DNA of 64,000 nucleotides from Candidatus Eiseniibacteriota bacterium (GTDB lineage Bacteria; Eisenbacteria; RBG-16-71-46; DASYSL01). The translations under genes were made by a program, and so were the position numbers. Location of the stretch: NCBI GenBank assembly GCA_031431875.1, contig JANPEF010000026.1, forward strand, positions 1-64,000, written 5' to 3'. Under the pieces are notes generated by a model, which searched no databases, was not told the DNA's origin, and saw nothing but the letters and a program-made list of their open reading frames with translations. Of the stretch, positions 1 through 9,556 are shown in pieces (position 1 is the stretch's first letter; each line of letters starts with the position of its first letter).

Positions 1-657
1 CTGGCGACGCCTGAGATCGGCAATCGATTCGAGCCCGGCGCGGCGCCCGCCGACGAGGATGAGGACCCGGTCGGCGACGCGCTCGACCTCGCTCAGAAGG
101 TGCGAACAGAGCACGATCGTGCGCCCCTCGTGGCGCAGCCCTTCGACGAGGCGGCGGAACTCCCACGTCGCCTCGGGATCGAGGCTCGCCGTGGGCTCGT
201 CGAGCACGAGCAGGTCGGGATCCCCGAGCAGCGCCTGGGCCAGCGACAGGCGCTGCGTCATGCCGCCGGAGAGCTCATGCGCCTGCCGACCGGCGTGGTC
301 CACCATGCGCACGCGCTCGAGCGCCCGGCCCACGCTCGCCGCCGCGAGGCCGCGCAGCGCGGCGAAGAAGCCGAGCACCTCGGCCACCGTGCGCCCGGAC
401 GGAAACGTGACGCGCTGCGGCACGTAGCCCAGCTTGCGGCGCGCGCGCGGGTCCGCCGGCGCGAGCCCCTCCTCACCCAGCTCGACCGTGCCGCCGTCGG
501 CGCGCACCAGGCCGAGCAGGATCTTGAGCGTCGTCGTCTTCCCCGCACCGTTCGGTCCGATGAGCGCGAACGTCTCGCCGCGCGCGACCTCGAACGACAG
601 GCCGTCGACGGCCGCCACCGCGCCGTAGCGCTTCCTCAGGTTGTCGACGCGGATCAC
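1..657 (-). CDS. nosF: ABC transporter ATP-binding protein of the nos cluster (NosF-like); 3' end runs off the window
   Basis: Manual translation from GTG at 657 (GTGA overlap with the upstream stop): VIRVDNLRKRYGAVAAVDGLSFEVARGETFALIGPNGAGKTTTLK (Walker A), later LSGGMTQRL and LLVLDEPT; lies directly after nosD. Confidence 0.85.
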   Translation of the reverse strand, partial: MIRVDNLRKRYGAVAAVDGLSFEVARGETFALIGPNGAGKTTTLKILLGLVRADGGTVELGEEGLAPADPRARRKLGYVPQRVTFPSGRTVAEVLGFFAALRGLAAASVGRALERVRMVDHAGRQAHELSGGMTQRLSLAQALLGDPDLLVLDEPTASLDPEATWEFRRLVEGLRHEGRTIVLCSHLLSEVERVADRVLILVGGRRAGLESIADLRRRQ

Positions 658-2651
658 GCGCGACCTCCGGACGACGACGCCCGCAACAGGCCCAGCACAC
701 CCAGGGCACCGATCGCGGCAAAGCCGATCGCCGCCCCGCCCGACGCACTGCGTGCCGCCGGAATCGCCAGGGGTGCGCCGGTCCCGCGCACGGGCGCCGG
801 GCGCCGGGCCGGGAAGCGGTCGAGCGCGTCGCTGGGACGCAGCGCGGGCAGCACCCGCTCGGCGACGCCGAGCGCAGCCACGGCCGGGCTCCGGGCGAGG
901 ATCGAGAGGTCGGGGAAGCGCTTGGACAGGAACGAGAACGCATCGACCGGAGCATGCGGGGCGTCGGACACGCCATCGCCATCGAGATCGTACGGGCGCG
1001 CCTCGCTCCAGTAGTTGCCGCGCTTGCCGTCGTCGAAGCGGTTCCGGGTCCGCGGCATGTCGAGCGCGACCGGGTAGTCGTTGTGGACGAACGCGTTTCC
1101 GGCAAACTCGTTGCCGGCGCAGGAGGCGAACAGCAGGACGCCCCACCCGTTGTCCTGGATCAGGTTGTCGACGAAGTGGTTGCGGTTCGAGTTGTCGAAG
1201 AAGATCGCGATCGTGTTGTCGAAGAAGCGATTGTCGCGGAACGTCCCCGCCGAACAGTCGCGCAGGAGCAGCCCGTACGTGCGCGGTCCGCGATTGTGCC
1301 GGAAGTCGTTACCGCGCACGTCGAGCCCGGTGCTGAACATGATCGCGCAGCCGGCGACACTGTGTGCGAAATCGTTCCCGATGAGTCTGGTCTCGTGGCA
1401 GTACATCGTGTGCAGGCCGTAGCGGCCACTATCCCGGAAGTGATTCGAGCGCAGCTCCGCCCGACGAACGAACGACAGGTAGACGCCGTCGACGAACCGC
1501 TCGATGCGATTTCCGGTGATCACCGGCTCGTCGGTATACCACAGGTGGACCCCGTTGCCCTCGCCGTCCTCCTTAAGCGGCGGAACCCTCCCGCGCAGGT
1601 CGCAGTCGAGCACCTGCAGCCCGGGCGCGCGCTCCGCGTAGATGCCGTACAACACGTCGCGGACGCGGAGGCGGCGCAGTGTCACGCCGCCGGCGCGCAG
1701 CACGCGCACGCCGGCGTCGACGGTGAGGACGTGCGCCCCGCTGCCGCGCACCTCGAGATCGGTTACGGTCGTGCCCCCCGCCGCAATCGTGAGCACGCTG
1801 CCCCTGCCGCCGCCGTCGAGCACCGCGCCCGGCGCCCCGACGAGCACGATCGCCTGCCCGATCGCGAAGGCGCCGCGATGCACGCCGGCCCCCGCCACGA
1901 CCGTGTCTCCCGGGGCCGCCGCCGCCAGCGCCGCGACGAGCGCGGGCCCGCCGGGCCCGGCGACGACGTGGGCCGCTCCCGCGGGTGCCGCTGCAAGCGA
2001 CGCCACCAGGACGACGACCGCGAGCGCCGCGACGGTCGGACCAGGCGGCTCCGCCGCCTGTGATCGCCCCGCGTCCCGCCGCTCCAGCCACAGCGTGAGC
2101 GGCCCAAGTGCCCACGCGATTCCGAGCAGGACGGTGCCGACATGCGGCATGCTCAGCACCTTGAAGTTCGCCATCCGCGAGTAACCGACGACCGGCGGCA
2201 TGAACGCGGGCAGCGTGATCGCCGCCCGCGGGTCGAGATCGTGGCCGTACTTCCACAGCCACTGCCAGTACTGCCCGAACATCCACACCGCGAACGCGGT
2301 GAACGCCAGCCAGCCGGCGACCGCGAGCCAGCGCCGGTTCAGCAGCGCCGCGAACAGCGCCAGCACGCCGAAGCCGGTGAGGGCCTGGGGCATGTAGCCG
2401 AACTCGTCGAAGTCGGCCGCCGTGATCGCCTTCATGCCCACGTAGTGGTTGAGCGTGTTGATCTTGTCGACGTCCCCCTTGATGTCGTTCGTGTAGATCG
2501 TGAGCGTGAGCCCCTCACGGTACTGCGGGGCCCACATCCGGATCTGCCAGATCGGCAGCACGGGCAGGAAGAACACCGGCAGCAGGACGAGGGCGGCCAG
2601 CACGATCAGCCGCCGCTCGCCTGCGCGGAATCCGGCGCGGAGCGCGTTCAC
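654..2651 (-). CDS. nosD: Fusion of NosB-like membrane protein (N-terminal) and NosD beta-helix copper-maturation protein (C-terminal), 665 aa
   Basis: GTG start overlaps the nosZ stop. N-part PIWQIRMWAPQYREGLTLTIY...INTLNHYVGM with TM helices; C-part GNGVHLWY, DGVYLSF, RYGLHTMY, GNYWSE...DLDGDGVSDAP; one frame with no internal stop. Confidence 0.85.
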   Translation of the reverse strand: MNALRAGFRAGERRLIVLAALVLLPVFFLPVLPIWQIRMWAPQYREGLTLTIYTNDIKGDVDKINTLNHYVGMKAITAADFDEFGYMPQALTGFGVLALFAALLNRRWLAVAGWLAFTAFAVWMFGQYWQWLWKYGHDLDPRAAITLPAFMPPVVGYSRMANFKVLSMPHVGTVLLGIAWALGPLTLWLERRDAGRSQAAEPPGPTVAALAVVVLVASLAAAPAGAAHVVAGPGGPALVAALAAAAPGDTVVAGAGVHRGAFAIGQAIVLVGAPGAVLDGGGRGSVLTIAAGGTTVTDLEVRGSGAHVLTVDAGVRVLRAGGVTLRRLRVRDVLYGIYAERAPGLQVLDCDLRGRVPPLKEDGEGNGVHLWYTDEPVITGNRIERFVDGVYLSFVRRAELRSNHFRDSGRYGLHTMYCHETRLIGNDFAHSVAGCAIMFSTGLDVRGNDFRHNRGPRTYGLLLRDCSAGTFRDNRFFDNTIAIFFDNSNRNHFVDNLIQDNGWGVLLFASCAGNEFAGNAFVHNDYPVALDMPRTRNRFDDGKRGNYWSEARPYDLDGDGVSDAPHAPVDAFSFLSKRFPDLSILARSPAVAALGVAERVLPALRPSDALDRFPARRPAPVRGTGAPLAIPAARSASGGAAIGFAAIGALGVLGLLRASSSGGRA

Positions 2652-4525
2652 GGCGCGCTCTTGGCCTCGGGACGCTGCAGCGCGGCGACGGGCGTCCCGC
2701 GCGGGTTGACCTCGATGAAGCCCTGCATCTCCTGGTGCAGCGCGCTGCAGAAGTTCGAGCAGTAGAACGGCGTGATGCCCGCCTTCTCGGCCTTCCAGTG
2801 CATCGTCTTGGTCTCGCCGGGCTCGATCTGCATGTTGCAGTTCGACCAGATGATCCCGAAGCCGTGAGCAATGTCGTCGTCCTGCTCCAGGTTCGTCACG
2901 TGGAAGTACACGTCGTCGCCCTCGTTCACGCGCACAATGTCCGGGGTGAAGTGGGTGCGCACCGCCAGCATGTAGACGTCGACCCGGTTGCCCTTGCGCT
3001 CGATGCGGGCATCCTCGGCGCGCTTGATGGCGTGCGCGTGCGTGTTCTCCTCGAGCGGATAGACGGTGATGGGCTTCAACTTCTCGGCCTTGATCATCTG
3101 CGCGTAGTGGGGCTCGAGGTAGGTCGGGAAGTCGTACAGGAGCTCCATCTTCGGCCCGCGCAGGTCGATCAACTGCGCCGCCTCGGGGTGCGTCGGTCCG
3201 ACGTTCAGGTAGCGGTCCTTCGACAACTTGTTGAGGGCCACCACGTAGTCGCCGGTGGGGTTCCGCGTGTCGCCCTCTGATGCCATGAGGTGGCCGATCG
3301 AGTAGTAGGCGTCGATCTTGTCCACCACGTCCCACGGCGGGCCGACCTTCCACTTGGCGATCTGCGAATCGAGGAACAGCGAGGTGTAGGCATAGCCCTT
3401 GTCGTCGAACTGCGTGTGCAGCGGTCCCAGACCGACCGGAACCTTCGCCTCGATGACATCTTCGTAGCGCAGCACCGGCACGCCCTGGATCTCGCTCTCG
3501 AACTTCGCGCCGGCGACCGCGGCGGCGAACTTCTCGTACGAGAAGACCGACACCTCGGCCTGCAGCTTGCCCGAGGCGCAGATGTACTTCCCGCTCGGGT
3601 CGACGTCGACACCGTGCGGGCTCTTCGGCACCGGGAACAGGTAGACGATGCCCTTCACCTTCGCCGGGTCGAGCACCGGGGCACCGCCGATCATGTCGGC
3701 CTTGCCCTCGTCGACGGCCTTCTGCGCCGCGCGCCAGTCGACGGCGGCGATGTAGTCCATCTCGGCCTGCGAGGCCTTGATCTCCAGCGAGTCGAACGCC
3801 GCCTCGCTGTTGTAGCAGGTGAAGAACGTCCAGCCCGCGCTCGGGCCCTTGCCCGCGTCCGCCAGATCCCAGGCGAACGGCGGCATCAGGATCTCGAAGC
3901 CCATCGACATCGTGCCGTCCGTCGGGGCCACTTTGATCCCGGCGATGATGCCGCGGAACTCCTTCGCGTAGTCCTCGACCTTCGTCGGCCGGTTCGGCAC
4001 GGGCACCGAGAAGCGCGAGGCGGCGAACACGTACTCGGTGTTCGGCGTCGGGAACGGGCAGGCGTGCGCGGCCGAGAGATTCGGGATCGGTCCGAAAATC
4101 TGCCTGGTCTTGAAGTCCTTCAGGTCGATGCGCGCGATGCGGGCGCCCACCATGTCGTTGATGAACAGCCAGCGCCCGTCGTAGTTTCCGCCGGTCTCCG
4201 ACAGCCCGGGGTGATGTGCGTCGCCCCAGGTCCGCCCGCCGAGCATCTCCTTCGACGCCTCGTCGTAGCCGTAGCCCACCGCCGGCTCGGGCGTGAACAC
4301 CGGGATCGTCGTGATGTAACGGCACGAGGGGAAGCCATACACGAAGATGTTGCCGCTATGCCCTCCCGACAGGAACCCGTAGTAGGTGTCGTGCTCACCG
4401 GGCTTGACGTAGACCTTCTCCGCCGCGGCGCGCCAACCGCCGCCGGTCGTGGCGCACCCCGGAACCTGCATGCCCAGCCACGCGAGCGCGACCGCCGCGA
4501 CCGCGAACGTGAACCAGCGTTTCAT
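2648..4525 (-). CDS. nosZ: Sec-dependent (clade II) nitrous-oxide reductase
   Basis: SGGHSG; CuZ His motifs DAHH, AHAC, SPHG, PLHT, IGHL, EPHY; CuA motif HGF...CSNFCSALHQEM; Sec-type leader without twin-Arg. Confidence 0.97.
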   Translation of the reverse strand: MKRWFTFAVAAVALAWLGMQVPGCATTGGGWRAAAEKVYVKPGEHDTYYGFLSGGHSGNIFVYGFPSCRYITTIPVFTPEPAVGYGYDEASKEMLGGRTWGDAHHPGLSETGGNYDGRWLFINDMVGARIARIDLKDFKTRQIFGPIPNLSAAHACPFPTPNTEYVFAASRFSVPVPNRPTKVEDYAKEFRGIIAGIKVAPTDGTMSMGFEILMPPFAWDLADAGKGPSAGWTFFTCYNSEAAFDSLEIKASQAEMDYIAAVDWRAAQKAVDEGKADMIGGAPVLDPAKVKGIVYLFPVPKSPHGVDVDPSGKYICASGKLQAEVSVFSYEKFAAAVAGAKFESEIQGVPVLRYEDVIEAKVPVGLGPLHTQFDDKGYAYTSLFLDSQIAKWKVGPPWDVVDKIDAYYSIGHLMASEGDTRNPTGDYVVALNKLSKDRYLNVGPTHPEAAQLIDLRGPKMELLYDFPTYLEPHYAQMIKAEKLKPITVYPLEENTHAHAIKRAEDARIERKGNRVDVYMLAVRTHFTPDIVRVNEGDDVYFHVTNLEQDDDIAHGFGIIWSNCNMQIEPGETKTMHWKAEKAGITPFYCSNFCSALHQEMQGFIEVNPRGTPVAALQRPEAKSAP

Positions 4526-4538
4526 CGTGTCCCCCTAC

Positions 4539-5045
4539 CTACTTTGCGGCGACGGGCGCGAGGCCCGCCTCCTGGTCGTGGTGCTTGAAGAACTCGATCA
4601 CTTCCTTCGCTTCGTCCGGGGTGAGTCCCTGCTTCGGCATCTGCAGCGCGTGGGTGGCCATCATTTCGCGCGCGATCGGGTCTTCCTGCGCCATGGTGGC
4701 CGGGTCGAGAATCTGGTGCTCGAGCCAGGTCTGCGTGCGGCGCATGGACACGCCGGCGAGGTCCGGTCCCGTCAGGCGGCGTCCCTGCGCATGGCAGGCG
4801 GTGCAGCCCTTGGTCGAGAACAGCGACTCGCCCTTCTCCGCCATCTCGTCGTCGGCCTCGGTCGCGCCCGCGCGGGGTCCGCTGTCGTACTTCGATCCGG
4901 ATCGGCCGCCCGCGGCGTTGGAACTCAGCTTCGCGGTGCCTCCCGATGGCGCACCGCCGCAGCCCGCGAGGGTGACTGCCAGCGCGAGGACGCAGGCGAG
5001 TGTGCAGGCGAGCGCGCCGGCAACGACGTGGTCGAGACGATTCAT
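4539..5045 (-). CDS. Monohaem cytochrome c lipoprotein (NosC-like)
   Basis: Lipobox LAGC, CTACH, GPDLAGV, distal Met in QMP; directly upstream of nosZ. Confidence 0.88.
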   Translation of the reverse strand: MNRLDHVVAGALACTLACVLALAVTLAGCGGAPSGGTAKLSSNAAGGRSGSKYDSGPRAGATEADDEMAEKGESLFSTKGCTACHAQGRRLTGPDLAGVSMRRTQTWLEHQILDPATMAQEDPIAREMMATHALQMPKQGLTPDEAKEVIEFFKHHDQEAGLAPVAAK

Positions 5046-5554
5046 GACGGGTTCCCTTTCCGCCGCCGCGGCGGCTGTACGGTCGATTGCGAGGCCGCGA
5101 GGATGAGGACGTCCTCCTTGCGCACGTGAATGCGCACGAGGTCGACGAGATCCCGCAACTGGACGGCGATCTGCTCGTCACGCCGTGCGCTCGCCGGGCC
5201 GTCGAGCGTGCGCACGAGCGTCGCGAGCATCGAGCGCAACTCGTCGTGCTCGCCACGCAGCATCGCCAGCGCGCCGCGCGATGCCACGTCCCCGTCGAGC
5301 AGCCCGCCGAGCAGTCCCTCCGCATCGGGCTCCGCGGTGAGGTGCGCACCGAGGTGTGCCGCGAGCTCGAGTGCGAGTGGCCGGGCTCCCGCCGCCGGCT
5401 CGGCCGTGAACGCCGCCACCGTGCCCCGGGTCACGAGTGCGCCGGCGCGGCGACGCAAGAAGGCGTCGACGCGTTCGAGGACGCCGCGCAGCCGCGTGTG
5501 GTCCTGACGCAATCTTTCCAGGATCAGGTCTGTCATCTGCGCCTCCGCTGCCAC
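5042..5554 (-). CDS. Hemerythrin/HHE domain protein
   Basis: LRQDH, HLGAHLTAEP, LRGEH, HVRKED pattern; ATGA overlap with the cytochrome c gene; alternative start ATG 5536. Confidence 0.7.
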   Translation of the reverse strand: MAAEAQMTDLILERLRQDHTRLRGVLERVDAFLRRRAGALVTRGTVAAFTAEPAAGARPLALELAAHLGAHLTAEPDAEGLLGGLLDGDVASRGALAMLRGEHDELRSMLATLVRTLDGPASARRDEQIAVQLRDLVDLVRIHVRKEDVLILAASQSTVQPPRRRKGNPS

Positions 5555-5603
5555 GGGACTCCTCTGGCTGCAAGGATCATCGGCCGCGGGGGCATGGAGC
5601 CGT

Positions 5604-5619
5604 GATGATGGGCGTCACC
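5604..5619. promoter_or_regulatory. Candidate Crp/Fnr-type binding site
   Basis: GATGA-TGGGCG-TCACC (TGA-N6-TCA core) between the divergent nos operon and crp/fnr gene. Confidence 0.5.
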
Positions 5620-5738
5620 CCGGCAGGCGATTTCCAGGCGACACGGAAGGGACCGGACGTGCTAGACCTGCAACGACTTGCGCCGGCGCGGGCCGGTCGG
5701 ACATGATGGCCGTCATATCCTCGGAGCGGAGATTGCCG

Positions 5739-6470
5739 ATGAGCGGGAACGATCAGGCGCAGCGGGTCGCCGAAGCGGTGCGGACGGTGCCCATGTTCCG
5801 CGGGCTCGCGCCTGAGGCGCAGAGCCACATCGCGGGTCTCGCCACGCTTCGCGACTTCCGGCGCGGCGAGCACCTGTGGCACGAGGGCGACCCACCGGAG
5901 TCGTTCACCATCGTCGTCCGCGGCCGCGTCAAGGTGGTCAAGGAGGGCGAGTCCTCCGACGTGATCTACGAGCTGTTCGGCGAGGGCGAACCGGTCGGTG
6001 CGATCGCCGTGTACAACTTCATGCCCTACCCCGCCGGCGCGGTGGCGCTCGAGCCGACGACGCTCCTCGTCCTGCCCCGCCGCGACTGGTTCGAACTCCT
6101 CGATCGCAATCCCGAATTCGCCCGAGCCATCATCCGCGAGCTGACGCGGCTCGTCCTGGGCCTGACCCGCAAGCTCGACGAGATGCGCGGCCAGACGGTG
6201 GAGACCCGGATCGCACAGCTCTTCCTCACGCTCGCCGAGCGGATCGGTCGAGACACCAAGGACGGCACCGAACTGCCGATCCAGCTCACGCGCCAGGAGG
6301 TGGCCGACCTGGTCGGCACGACCGTCGAGAGCGCCATCCGCGTCCTCTCGCGCTGGGGGCGCGAGGGAGTGCTGGTCACCGGCGAGAAACGCTTCGTGAT
6401 CCCCTCCCGCGAGCGCTTGCGCGAGCTTGCGGGAAGCGGTGGGGAGACGACACGGGGCCCGCTGGCCTGA
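5739..6470 (+). CDS. Crp/Fnr family transcriptional regulator
   Basis: cNMP-like domain (GRVKVVK...GEPVG) and HTH LTRQEVADLVGTTVESAIRVLS; no Cys residues, so not an Fe-S FNR; alternative start 5703. Confidence 0.92.
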   Translation: MSGNDQAQRVAEAVRTVPMFRGLAPEAQSHIAGLATLRDFRRGEHLWHEGDPPESFTIVVRGRVKVVKEGESSDVIYELFGEGEPVGAIAVYNFMPYPAGAVALEPTTLLVLPRRDWFELLDRNPEFARAIIRELTRLVLGLTRKLDEMRGQTVETRIAQLFLTLAERIGRDTKDGTELPIQLTRQEVADLVGTTVESAIRVLSRWGREGVLVTGEKRFVIPSRERLRELAGSGGETTRGPLA

Positions 6471-6517
6471 TGCCTGGCCCCACCCGGCCGGCCGTCGAGC
6501 CCCGTCGAGCCCCGGCC

Positions 6518-6547
6518 TTGGCGTGCGGAGGTGCCGTCTGCTATCCT
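6518..6547 (+). promoter_or_regulatory. Candidate sigma70 promoter with extended -10
   Basis: TTGGCG-18 nt-TATCCT with TG at 6539-6540; preceded by tandem CCGTCGAGCC x2. Confidence 0.45.
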
Positions 6548-6590
6548 CTTAGGCGCTCACGATCACGCATCCCGTCCGGAGCCCGCACCC

Positions 6591-9446
6591 ATGCGCCTGC
6601 GCCCCACCGTCTTCGCGGCCGCCGTTCTCGGGGCCTCGCTCGCCGCTCTCGCCCTGCAGGGCCGTGAGCGTCCTGCCGACTCCCAACCGCCCCCACCCTC
6701 GGACTTCGCGAACTTCGAGAGTCATCCGGTGCATCCGGTCTGCCTGTCCCCGAGCGGCAATCGCCTGTTTGCGGTCAACGTGCCGGACGGTCGATTGTCG
6801 GTCTTCGACGTGCTGCCCGAAGGGCTTCGCCTGCTTGACGAAATTCCGGTCGGGCTCGAGCCCGTGTCGGTCGCGGCGCTGTCGGATGACGAAGTGTGGG
6901 TCGTGAACCACTTGTCGGACGACGTGTCGGTCGTCAGTGTGGCTGCGGGGAACGTCCTTCGGACATTACGTGTCGGCGACGAGCCGACCGACGTGGTCTT
7001 CGCACGCACGAGCCCGGCGCCGAACGCGCCCACCGTCGCGTTCGTATGCATCTCGCAGGAAGACGCGGTCAAGGCCTACGATCCGGCGACCTTGCTTCCC
7101 ATCGGCACGCCGATCCCGGTGTTCGGGGGTGACCCCCGCGCGCTCACGCTCTCTGCGGATCGGACGCGGGTGTACGTCGCCGCATTCGAGTCGGGAAACC
7201 GGACGAGCCTCGTGCCGTTCCAGGACGTGCTCCCAGGGAACGGCGGCCTCGGGCTGCCGACTCCAATCCCCGCGAAGAATCCCGCGCTGCCGGCCGCCCC
7301 CGACGTCGGCCTCATCGTGCAGAACGACGGAGGGGTGTGGCGCGATGAAGTCGGCCGCAACTGGTCGTTCAAGCTGCCTTACAGCGTCGCTGACCGCGAC
7401 GTTTTCGTGGTTGATGCGGCGACTCGCACCGTGGTGAACCAGATCACCAGCGTTGGCACGCTGCTGTTCAACCTGGCGCCCCACCCCACGACCGGCGCGC
7501 TGTGGGTGTCGAACACGGAGGCGACGAACCTGCGCCGCTTCGAGCCCAACCTGCGCGGCCAGTTCGTCCGCAACCGCATCTCGATCGTCGATCCGGCCAG
7601 CGGCACGGTGAACGCGGTGCAGCTCAACCCACATGTCAATTATGCCGTCACCCCCGGACCGCCCTCCGAAGTTGCCGCCTCGCTGGCGCAACCGACGGAC
7701 CTGTGCTTCCTGCCGGACGGATCCAAGGCATACGTGGCCGCGTTCGGCTCGAACAAGGTCGGCGTGCTGGACGGGATCAGCGCCACGGTGACCGCCCGGA
7801 TCCCGGTCGGCCAGGGTCCGATCGGCCTCGCGCTCGCGGCCGACGGCTCGCGCCTCTACGTCTACAACCGCTTCGACAACTCGATCTCGACCGTGGATAC
7901 CGGCACAGACCTGGTCGTGGCGACGGCGAGCCTGGGCTTTGATCCCACGCCTCCCGTCATCCGCGACGGGCGGCCGTTCCTCTATGACGCAAGCCGGACG
8001 TCAGGGCATGGCGACGCCTCGTGCGCCTCGTGCCATGCCTTCGGCAACAACGACGCGCTCGCCTGGGACCTGGGCGATCCGCAGGGTCAGATGGCACCGT
8101 CTCCGCCGAACCAGATCGACCCGCTGCTGGCCGACTTCCACCCGATGAAGGGTCCCATGGTGACCCAGTCACTGCGCGGGCTGCGCAACACCGGGCGGCT
8201 GCACTGGCGCGCCGATCGCACGAACTTCAACTCGTTCAACGGGGCATTCGTCTCCCTGAACGGCCGCGCCGACACGCTCAGCGCCGGCGACATGCAGACC
8301 TACACCGATTTCGTGCTGACCATCCAGTACCCGCCGAACCCGAATCGCCGGCTCGACGACGGGCTCCCCAATCCCGTGGACGGTCCGAACCCGACCCGTG
8401 GCTTCAACGAGTACGTGAACGTCCCGCACGACGCCACGCTCCGCTGTAACACGTGCCATCTCCTGCCGACGGGCACGAGCGGACAGTCGATCAACGCGCA
8501 GGCGCTGCTCGAGGACCAGGACATGAAGATCCCGCAGATGCGCAACATGTACGAGAAGAACGACCTCTCGCGCGCGCCAGGTGCGGTCAACAAGTCGGGA
8601 TTCGGCTTTACTCACGATGGGGCCTTCGACAATCTCGTGGCATTCCTCGGCCTGACCGTGTTCGCCTTCCCGGGCGGCGACCCGCAGCGTCGCGACGTGG
8701 AGGCGTTCCTCTTCGCGTTCCCTACGGGCATGCGCCCCTCCGTCGGGCGCCGCATCACGCTGCACGCCGGCAACCGCGACGTCGCCGCGACCACGTCGCT
8801 GCTCGATTCACTCTATGCCGCGGCCGACTCGCAGCACTGCGAGGTCGTCGTCCGCGGCAGGACCGGCGGCCTGCGCCGCAGCTGGCTCTACGATCGCGCG
8901 GCGAAGACGCTGCAGCCGGACCGCGCCAGCGAGGCGCCGGTCTCGAAGGTCGCGCTGCGCGCCCTTGCCGGGACGGGGAGCGAGCTCACGTGGTTCGGCG
9001 TGCCGCCGGGATCGGGCCGCCGGATGGGCCTCGACCGCGATCGCGACCTGTTCTTCGACCGGGACGAACTCGACGCGGGCGCGGACCCGGGCAATCCCCT
9101 GTCGACGCCGGCGAACGTCGCGGTGGATGGCGGGGGCGACGGCGCCCCGCTGCGCATCGCGCTCACCGGCGGAGTGCCGAATCCGTTCGGTCATCTCGAT
9201 GCGGGCGCGGCTGCGGCGACCACGATCCGCTTCACGCTGCCGATCGCCGCCGAGGCGAAGCTCGAGATCTACGACGCGCGCGGCCGCCGCGTCACCACGC
9301 TGCTCGACGGCATGCGGGAGGCCGGGGATCACGGCGTGCCCTGGGATGGCCGCGATGCCGCCGGCCGCCCGGTCTCCGCCGGCGTGTACTTTTACCGCCT
9401 TACGGCATTGAACCAGGTGCGCACGGTGAAGGGGATGCGACTGTAA
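6591..9446 (+). CDS. Secreted YVTN beta-propeller / di-haem c protein with C-terminal FlgD-Ig-like domain
   Basis: Signal peptide; repeats IPVGLEPVSV, VGDEPTDV, IPVGQGP; haem motifs CASCH and CNTCH; tail PNPF...IYDARGRRV...WDGRDAAGRPVSAGVYFYRL. Confidence 0.85.
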   Translation: MRLRPTVFAAAVLGASLAALALQGRERPADSQPPPPSDFANFESHPVHPVCLSPSGNRLFAVNVPDGRLSVFDVLPEGLRLLDEIPVGLEPVSVAALSDDEVWVVNHLSDDVSVVSVAAGNVLRTLRVGDEPTDVVFARTSPAPNAPTVAFVCISQEDAVKAYDPATLLPIGTPIPVFGGDPRALTLSADRTRVYVAAFESGNRTSLVPFQDVLPGNGGLGLPTPIPAKNPALPAAPDVGLIVQNDGGVWRDEVGRNWSFKLPYSVADRDVFVVDAATRTVVNQITSVGTLLFNLAPHPTTGALWVSNTEATNLRRFEPNLRGQFVRNRISIVDPASGTVNAVQLNPHVNYAVTPGPPSEVAASLAQPTDLCFLPDGSKAYVAAFGSNKVGVLDGISATVTARIPVGQGPIGLALAADGSRLYVYNRFDNSISTVDTGTDLVVATASLGFDPTPPVIRDGRPFLYDASRTSGHGDASCASCHAFGNNDALAWDLGDPQGQMAPSPPNQIDPLLADFHPMKGPMVTQSLRGLRNTGRLHWRADRTNFNSFNGAFVSLNGRADTLSAGDMQTYTDFVLTIQYPPNPNRRLDDGLPNPVDGPNPTRGFNEYVNVPHDATLRCNTCHLLPTGTSGQSINAQALLEDQDMKIPQMRNMYEKNDLSRAPGAVNKSGFGFTHDGAFDNLVAFLGLTVFAFPGGDPQRRDVEAFLFAFPTGMRPSVGRRITLHAGNRDVAATTSLLDSLYAAADSQHCEVVVRGRTGGLRRSWLYDRAAKTLQPDRASEAPVSKVALRALAGTGSELTWFGVPPGSGRRMGLDRDRDLFFDRDELDAGADPGNPLSTPANVAVDGGGDGAPLRIALTGGVPNPFGHLDAGAAAATTIRFTLPIAAEAKLEIYDARGRRVTTLLDGMREAGDHGVPWDGRDAAGRPVSAGVYFYRLTALNQVRTVKGMRL

Positions 9447-9556
9447 GCTCGCCCGACACGGTCGAACCGGGACGCCATTCGTCCTTCGCGTGGTGTAGTC
9501 TTCGCTTCGCAGGCCCCCGCATCAAGGCTCGCCCGCCCCCGTGGACCGGTGTCCAC

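Noticed and set aside
2652..4325. N-terminal half of the 1223-aa ORF 654..4325
   Set aside because: Off-frame shadow of nosZ; the real gene starts at GTG 2651
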